Assembly (NCBI GenBank): GCA_042218075.1
Contig: JBDGRK010000005.1
Coordinates: 87,693-151,692 of the forward strand
Length of the DNA stretch: 64,000 bases
DNA from: Candidatus Nanohaloarchaea archaeon
Lineage (GTDB): Archaea; Nanohalarchaeota; Nanosalinia; Nanosalinales; Nanosalinaceae
Direction: 5' to 3'
Position numbers and translations under genes: made by a program. This document shows positions 57,739-64,000 of the stretch, in pieces. Each line of letters opens with the position of its first letter. Position 1 is the stretch's first letter. Under the pieces are notes generated by a model. That model was not told the origin of the DNA. It saw nothing but the letters and a program-made list of their open reading frames with translations, and did no database searches.

Positions 57739-60700
57739 TCAGTTTTCTGGGGGCACTTGCAGGCGGATGATCTTCTCAAGTTTTTCTGTTTCTTTCTTGA
57801 GGTATTTCCTGTAATTCCTTACCGCTTCCTTTGTTTCTTGATCAAGATTTTTTAGATCCAAATTATTTCTCTTAATGGTGTAATGCTTGTCGTTTCTGTG
57901 AATCCTGAGGTGGTTCCTTGAAGCGCTTGAGATAGAAGATATTTTAAAATTATCTGTCTTTAGCATTCTTCTCTCTATTCGAGGAGTTTTGTAGATTGAA
58001 ACACTGCCTCTCCTGGATTTCCAGTCTGCTTTAAGACTTGAACCGTTTTGAGATATTGAAATTCGTGTACGTGGAGAAGTAAAGTAGTTTAGAAAGTTTT
58101 CCGGTGAAAAAACCAGTCTACTATCTCTAGAGGAAGTAATTTTTATTTCTGCTATGTTATCTGCGACCGATATACTAGATTTCCCTTGTTTTAGAGCTGT
58201 AACCCTCCAGTTAACCATCTTTTCGTCAGCTGCTCCTATACTTATTTTACGGGAATCATCCTCCATTATACCTAGGACAGTTTTATTTCCTGTATCAACG
58301 CTAATACCATACTCAGCAGAGAAATTGTTGGGGTTCTCAACAATAGCGGTCACCTTCCTGGTGCTTCCAAGAGCAATATCTGGGGCGAAAACTATGATGC
58401 TAGGCTTTTTCTTGACCTTGAAAGATCTTCTGGATTCCAGCTTCAGGTTATCTGATAGAAGGTATGCCTCTACTTCATTTATTCCGTATGGAAGTTTTTC
58501 CAGTTCAAAACTGTTCAAACCTTTTTCCAGCGAAATATTTTTCGTACTGGTGTTATCTCCAAGCTTCCAGATCAATTTTGCTTTGAGAGGGCTTGAAGTG
58601 TATATTTCTGCCTTCAGGCTCTTGTTTTCCTTGAAAAGCTCCAGAGTGGCTGGAGAAGTGTATTCTATCGATATACGGGCTTCTTCAAGTACTGATGTCT
58701 TATTCTCAATTTTTTTGGCCCCTGCAATGGCGAGCCTTAAGTCTTCGGTGAAGGAATAGTTGATCATAACCTCCGGGAAAGAGGAATAATTTTCTGTGTA
58801 GTTCACTAACTTTCCTCCAGATGTTAAGGTGGAATGTTTCCGCAACCTGATGTTGCTTAAGTTTCTTGACTCAGTTGAAGTTTCAATACTCTCTGAATCT
58901 ATTCCGGGTATCTCAAACCGGGCTGTGTAAAGAGGTATGACAGGCGCACCGGGTTCAAGGATGTAGTCAGTTGTATTTGAAACCAGGAATTTTGATCCCT
59001 CTAACTCTGCCACTTTCTGGGGCGGCACAAGAGTGATATTGATCCGGCAAAATCCTTCATAGCAGTTCTTTCTCTTTTTGAACATCTTGTTTTCGATCGG
59101 ATCTTTCCTCATCTCCGGGTTTCCATAAAGACGGAGAGATCTGGAGATTTTCTTTTTTAGACCTGATTTGAAGACGGCTGCAGGGCTGTAAATGAGTGAA
59201 GAAGATTCAAGGCTGTTGACGGATTTCTTCATCGAGTTTCCCAGTCTTTCGTAGTACCTGAAGAAATTCTGCCCCATTATCGCAGTATAGGCTGCATAGT
59301 TTACGCTAGAAAAACCGAGATATGCTGAGGCATTTTGTTCCAGGAAGGATTTTCTCATCGGATTGTCTCCAGAACCCGCATTGTTCGAGTTATCCCATAT
59401 AATTGCTCTTCCTGTTCCGGGAACTTCTTCAGGTTTCAAGCGGTTTACCCCCCTGTATCGATCCTGAATCAGGGAGGGGGCCTTGTTAGGAAGGGTCCAC
59501 CCTGAGGTATTACCGATGCCCCTGTAGTAGACTATGTCCGCTGACTCGATTCCATCCTTAATGTTTGATTCGTTGAGTTTAGGATGTCTCTCAGGCATCA
59601 GAAAAGCGTAAAGCAGCTTCATCACGTTTTTACGTAACCCGGTTTTTGGATCGGGATCGGTAACTCCCTCGAGTTCTTTCAACTTCCGGATACCTCTTTG
59701 AAAGTGTATTTCGAAAGTGTTCCACCTGTACTCGTAGTACATCTCCATTAACTGTTCAGCGAAATACGTGGATCGCAGCGCTATCATTGAGTTGCCGACT
59801 ATACCCGAGGAGATATCCGTGTACTTGGATAGAGTGCCTGAAGTTTCCTCAGAGGCTCTAAAGAAATCTATAAGATCGCTGGGAACAAGGCCTGTCAGGA
59901 AACTGATTGGATCCAGGCGGTACTCGACGTAGTGTGTGGTGTTAAATCCCTGTTCTTTCAGCACGCGATACGTGCTGGTTCCATGCCTCATTCCTCCTCC
60001 CGCGGTTGAAAGTATCACTGGCCAGTTGCTGTGAAGGTACTCGGAAGCCACCAAGGCTTTATTGCCTTTTTCTCTATCAAAAGATCTCTGGAATAGAACT
60101 GAGGCTTTCCCGGATTTGTTGGGGTATCTTCCCACTCCTGCCTCTATATAGTGGTCGTCATCAAGGTTCCCGTAATTCAGATCTGTCCTGAAGCGATCCC
60201 CGTCTTTCTTGTCCCCTTGGAGAATGCCCTTTTCCACAGGGTCTTCAATCAACTTTGCGGGTCCTTCAAGGATCGAGATGAATTTGCCCTGGATGACTGT
60301 TTTCCTGTTTTTTCCTATCTTTCTGAACTTCTTCCGGATTTTCTGCTCCAGTTGAATAACACCGTTATCGCTATTTATTTTCTCAGGTGTCAAGTTTTCA
60401 GGATATGAGGTTTTCCTTTCCCAGTTCAGTGGCAGGATTCCCCGCTTTGCAGCCATGTAGGATGCAATAAGACCTTTACTTGATTCCAGGTCCCCGACAG
60501 CGACGTGATGAGGTTCGAATTTTTTGATGAAGATGTTCTCCAGCCGACTATAGGAGTAATTGCTGAAGTCTCTATCCGCTTTATCTCTATCAAATGTCAG
60601 CGTGGCGTTCTGATTAGCGGCTATGGGAGCAAGAAGTACCGCTTTTTTTCTGCTGTCTGTATAGTATCTCTGACGCGAGACGTTAAAGGCAGAATTTATG

Positions 60701-61422
60701 TTTTTAATGCTGTTAGGCCCTTCTATACCGATGCTGATCGGTTCTCTTCCAGAATCCTTAACCTGTTCTTCTACCCTTGAGTAATTCTCTGTAACTAGTA
60801 CGGAACTATTGAGCGTGATGGCTTTCAGCATCTCCCTTCCTTTACCTACAAATACAGTGTTCTCAAGAGACTGGTTTACTCCGGAGGTTTCTTCAATAGT
60901 TTTCACTGAATCAAACCATGCCTTTCCGATGTTTACGTGGAAGATTATCTTGTTTAGGTTCGAGAAGGAGTCGAAGAAACTTCCAGAACCTTTCAGGCTT
61001 CCGTTCATATAAACTCTGTAGCTGTTCTGCCTCCAGTCAAGGGACAGAGTCACCCTGTGCCACGCCGAGTCCTGCGGAATGTAGTGATCCAGGTCAGCCC
61101 TAAGTATTCTATCATCGTTCTTGGCGAGCTTCAGTATGTGGTTTTCCAGGCCGCCGGTCCGGGTATAGAAGCTTATGTTTTCCGGACTCTGTTCTCTAAC
61201 CGGAAGTCCGATCACTTCATCTCCTCCTTCACCACCGGAATCATCAATAATTAGCGAATATGTACCTTTTCTAGATGAATTGCTTACCGCATAATCTGAA
61301 TTCCCGTAAAGTTTGTGCCATTCTTCTATATCTCCTTCTTCTTCATGAAAATCCAGGTATTTAGCGTTGACGCTAAAGGTGAGGAAAAATACCAGGATAC
61401 AAAGCTTTAGAGCTTTCTTCAT
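57739..61422 (-). CDS. Large secreted protein: ConA/LamG-like domain, C25 (gingipain)-like domain, Ig-like domains
   Basis: Signal peptide; WHRVTL..YRVYMNG; GVGRYP; LYGNPE; PGAPVIP propeptide-like segment. Confidence 0.7.
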   Translation of the reverse strand: MKKALKLCILVFFLTFSVNAKYLDFHEEEGDIEEWHKLYGNSDYAVSNSSRKGTYSLIIDDSGGEGGDEVIGLPVREQSPENISFYTRTGGLENHILKLAKNDDRILRADLDHYIPQDSAWHRVTLSLDWRQNSYRVYMNGSLKGSGSFFDSFSNLNKIIFHVNIGKAWFDSVKTIEETSGVNQSLENTVFVGKGREMLKAITLNSSVLVTENYSRVEEQVKDSGREPISIGIEGPNSIKNINSAFNVSRQRYYTDSRKKAVLLAPIAANQNATLTFDRDKADRDFSNYSYSRLENIFIKKFEPHHVAVGDLESSKGLIASYMAAKRGILPLNWERKTSYPENLTPEKINSDNGVIQLEQKIRKKFRKIGKNRKTVIQGKFISILEGPAKLIEDPVEKGILQGDKKDGDRFRTDLNYGNLDDDHYIEAGVGRYPNKSGKASVLFQRSFDREKGNKALVASEYLHSNWPVILSTAGGGMRHGTSTYRVLKEQGFNTTHYVEYRLDPISFLTGLVPSDLIDFFRASEETSGTLSKYTDISSGIVGNSMIALRSTYFAEQLMEMYYEYRWNTFEIHFQRGIRKLKELEGVTDPDPKTGLRKNVMKLLYAFLMPERHPKLNESNIKDGIESADIVYYRGIGNTSGWTLPNKAPSLIQDRYRGVNRLKPEEVPGTGRAIIWDNSNNAGSGDNPMRKSFLEQNASAYLGFSSVNYAAYTAIMGQNFFRYYERLGNSMKKSVNSLESSSLIYSPAAVFKSGLKKKISRSLRLYGNPEMRKDPIENKMFKKRKNCYEGFCRINITLVPPQKVAELEGSKFLVSNTTDYILEPGAPVIPLYTARFEIPGIDSESIETSTESRNLSNIRLRKHSTLTSGGKLVNYTENYSSFPEVMINYSFTEDLRLAIAGAKKIENKTSVLEEARISIEYTSPATLELFKENKSLKAEIYTSSPLKAKLIWKLGDNTSTKNISLEKGLNSFELEKLPYGINEVEAYLLSDNLKLESRRSFKVKKKPSIIVFAPDIALGSTRKVTAIVENPNNFSAEYGISVDTGNKTVLGIMEDDSRKISIGAADEKMVNWRVTALKQGKSSISVADNIAEIKITSSRDSRLVFSPENFLNYFTSPRTRISISQNGSSLKADWKSRRGSVSIYKTPRIERRMLKTDNFKISSISSASRNHLRIHRNDKHYTIKRNNLDLKNLDQETKEAVRNYRKYLKKETEKLEKIIRLQVPPEN

Positions 61423-61428
61423 CCTTCT

Positions 61429-62016
61429 TTATCTGTTGTTTTTCAGCGCGGGTTCCAGGTTTTGGGTCTTTGGAAATGCTTTCAGGAACTGAACATAGTT
61501 GAAGGGAAAAGGTCCAAGCTCGTGTTTTTCCACTTCATAAAACTGTTGGACCAGATGCTGTAGCTGCGTCTTCTTAAGTTCGAATATGTGGCCGTCCGCG
61601 GGTTCCGCTCCCTTTATCCTGTAGACCAGGTTGTCGATATTGGGAGTGGTTATAAGGATTCTGCCTTCCGGCTTTAGCACCCTCCTTGATTCTTTCAAAA
61701 GGTTGTAGGGATCCGTGACGTGTTCAAGAACCTCCCTGCATATTATTGAATCAAACTTATCTTCTTCATATGGAAATTTTTCAGTTGCATCCGCCTCTTC
61801 GAAGTAAATATTGTCGTCGTCCGGTTCAGTACAGTCAAAGTCGAACCCGTAGGCTTCGTCGATCTCGTCCGACAGCTTCCTTATCACCCTGCCGTTGTCA
61901 CATCCTATATCAAGAACCTTCTCTGCGTGGAAGTCATGAGACAGTATAAACCTGTCTCTCAGGTCCGAATAGTGGCCTCCAAGCCTGTTAGAGATTTTCC
62001 GTCTTAGTTTCATCAT
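61429..62016 (-). CDS. Class I SAM-dependent methyltransferase
   Basis: VLDIGCDNG, EVLEHV, RVLKPEGRILITTPN. Confidence 0.92.
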   Translation of the reverse strand: MMKLRRKISNRLGGHYSDLRDRFILSHDFHAEKVLDIGCDNGRVIRKLSDEIDEAYGFDFDCTEPDDDNIYFEEADATEKFPYEEDKFDSIICREVLEHVTDPYNLLKESRRVLKPEGRILITTPNIDNLVYRIKGAEPADGHIFELKKTQLQHLVQQFYEVEKHELGPFPFNYVQFLKAFPKTQNLEPALKNNR

Positions 62017-62238
62017 ATCATTTTAGATATTTGAAGATGAATTTACTTGTTTTAGATAATTTTAATTTGTCTTACAATTTTTCTACAGTTCAATATCTTT
62101 TATATAGTTTTTCTATTGATATCAGATGTTAATTTCTGCTTTTCAACTTTCTTAATTGTAAAAGTATTTTAGGACGGAAAAATTTTGTGCTCGCTATAGG
62201 ATTTCCAAGCTAAAAAGTATCCGGAATCAATTTTTAAG

Positions 62239-63264
62239 ATGATGAAAAAGGCAACGCTGATCTGCACTGTCTACAATGAGGGCGGATCGATCCGGGATCT
62301 GCTTGACTCGATAGTGGATCAGACTGTTTCCCTGGAAGAGGCTATATTCGTGGATGGTGGCTCTGATGACCGCACTACTGATATTATCAGAGAGTACGAG
62401 GAAGAGCACGAGTGGCTTGAACTTATAGTTGAGAACGGGTGCAATATCGCCGAAGGTAGAAATATAGCGGTCGAGAGCGCTTCCTGCGACTATATCGTTT
62501 CCACTGATGGCGGCTGCGTGCTCGATGAGAAATGGTACGAGGAAATGTGCGGGGCTTTCGAGAGATCGGATTATGTTATAGGCATGTTCCATTATGTTGC
62601 CGATAACCTGTTCGAAGAGGTCCAGGGCAAGATTATCTGTTCCTCTCACACTGTCGAAGAGCTGAGGAAGGGCAACAGAGGCCCGAGCTCTCGTTCCGTT
62701 GGATTTTCAATTGAGGCCTGGGAGGATGCCGGGGGCTACCCTGAAGATCTCTATACCGGTGAAGACTCAAAGTTCAACGCCAAGATTATGTCCTCGGGCT
62801 ATGAGTCTGTAATTGCGGAAGACGCCATGGTATACTGGAAGATGCGATCCTCATGGAAAGATTTGTACCGTCAATTCTATAGATACGGAGAAGGAGATGC
62901 AATAGGCGGAAATCTCTTCACTCATCCGTCCCAGAAACTTGGAATTTCGAAAAATGTCTGGCTTTTCGGCTCCGCCAAAACAACATTGATTCTGTTTTTC
63001 TCTCTATTTTACCTCATTTTGACTGGTTCAGAACTCGCCTTGTATAACGGCGTTATACTCATCCCTTTTCTTCTGATACCTTTCGGCTACTATTATTCTA
63101 ATCTGCTCGAAATTCTGGAGAAGGACGGTTTCAAGGCTTTTCTAATTGGACTCGGTATCTGCCAGGTGAAGTACTGGGCCTGGATGGACGGCTTCACTCT
63201 CACACTGCTGAAGAAACCTTCACTAATTCCTTACCAGTACAGGGAGTGGTGGAAGCTGAGATGA
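62239..63264 (+). CDS. Glycosyltransferase family 2 with C-terminal TMs
   Basis: VYNE, VDGGSDDRT, GRN, TDGG, GED, QFYRYG. Confidence 0.92.
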   Translation: MMKKATLICTVYNEGGSIRDLLDSIVDQTVSLEEAIFVDGGSDDRTTDIIREYEEEHEWLELIVENGCNIAEGRNIAVESASCDYIVSTDGGCVLDEKWYEEMCGAFERSDYVIGMFHYVADNLFEEVQGKIICSSHTVEELRKGNRGPSSRSVGFSIEAWEDAGGYPEDLYTGEDSKFNAKIMSSGYESVIAEDAMVYWKMRSSWKDLYRQFYRYGEGDAIGGNLFTHPSQKLGISKNVWLFGSAKTTLILFFSLFYLILTGSELALYNGVILIPFLLIPFGYYYSNLLEILEKDGFKAFLIGLGICQVKYWAWMDGFTLTLLKKPSLIPYQYREWWKLR

Positions 63265-64000
63265 AGATAGCGCATGTATTAACACGGTTCTCGCCGGAGA
63301 GAAATCCTGGAGGAGTCGAGAGAGTGGTGGAGGAGCTGGCGAAGAGGCAAGCTGAGGATCATGAAGTTGAGGTTGTATGCAGGAACGAGTTTGACGACCC
63401 TGGAGAAGAGGACTATGAAGGTTTCATTGTAAAGAGAGCCGGAGTTGCCGATAGATCTGGACTGAGGACACTCTCGTCTCTCCAGAGCATGAGAAAGCTG
63501 ATCCGGGACTCAGAAGCTGACATCTACCACATCCACGATTGGTCTCCATACCTGAATTACTACTTTTCCTCCGAGCCGGGAAAATCGGTTCTCACCCTGC
63601 ACAACCGAGCCTTCAACTTTTTCACTCGAAGACTGCAGGACTCCTGTATCTCCAGAGCTGACCGGGTCACAGCTGTCAGCGGGAGCATAGAGTCAAGGCT
63701 GGACATCGATGTGAAAGTCGTACCGGATGGTGTCGATACCGGTAGCTTTGTTCCGCTTGAATCCGGAGATTATTACCTTTACGCGGGAAACCTGATCGAG
63801 AACAAGGGGATCAGGGAGCTGGTTTCGGTCTGGAGGGAGGAGTGGCCTCTGATGAAGGTTGCGGGTTCTGGCCCTCTCAGAGATAAGCTTGAGGATAAGG
63901 AGAACATCGAGTACCTGGGAGAGATTCCCCACCAGAATATGCCGGAGCTGATCGGAAGGTCGAAAGGTGTGATCCTCCCGAGCAGGAGCGAGGGTTTCGG
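63261..64000 (+). CDS. Glycosyltransferase family 4 (3' partial)
   Basis: MKIAHV...GGVERVV, HIHDW, KGIREL, LPSRSEGF at the window edge. Confidence 0.9.
   Translation, partial: MKIAHVLTRFSPERNPGGVERVVEELAKRQAEDHEVEVVCRNEFDDPGEEDYEGFIVKRAGVADRSGLRTLSSLQSMRKLIRDSEADIYHIHDWSPYLNYYFSSEPGKSVLTLHNRAFNFFTRRLQDSCISRADRVTAVSGSIESRLDIDVKVVPDGVDTGSFVPLESGDYYLYAGNLIENKGIRELVSVWREEWPLMKVAGSGPLRDKLEDKENIEYLGEIPHQNMPELIGRSKGVILPSRSEGF

Noticed and set aside
31-63932. Numerous Ser/Phe/Leu-rich ORFs antisense to the annotated genes
   Set aside because: Expected shadows of Glu/Asp/Lys-rich coding on the opposite strand.

Overview
Archaeal chromosome segment with a strongly acidic proteome and compact, overlapping genes, most consistent with a nanohaloarchaeon (DPANN); the taxonomy is inferred from gene content and composition. 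Left to right it holds: a partial ADP-forming acetate-CoA ligase divergent from a pyruvate/2-oxoacid dehydrogenase operon; a P-type ATPase; a thiol-disulfide cluster (TRASH, CcdA-like, DsbB, DsbA); Ogg; PolB; two histones; grpE-dnaK-dnaJ; an AT-richer island of orphan genes (~29.9-34.2 kb); RPA-radA; tRNA-Thr(CGT) with a 186-nt structured intron, followed by a small att-bounded islet (C39-like peptidase, DUF4258/DUF2283 pair); dnaG; three tandem paralogues of unknown function; PolD, whose DP2 carries two inteins; cdc6 beside an ORB-containing replication origin; a large secreted pseudo-C25 protein; and glycosyltransferases. The most notable unannotated elements are four RNA-level signals. The first is a ~400-nt end-paired structured RNA at 20.84-21.24 kb, preceded by a 38-aa uORF and containing a tmRNA-tag-like reading frame. 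The second is an H/ACA guide RNA whose pocket matches 23S helix 69. The third is a leader-peptide/alternative-hairpin attenuator candidate upstream of a DUF5794 gene. The fourth is the long tRNA intron. Family assignments were made by eye from motifs, not from database searches.
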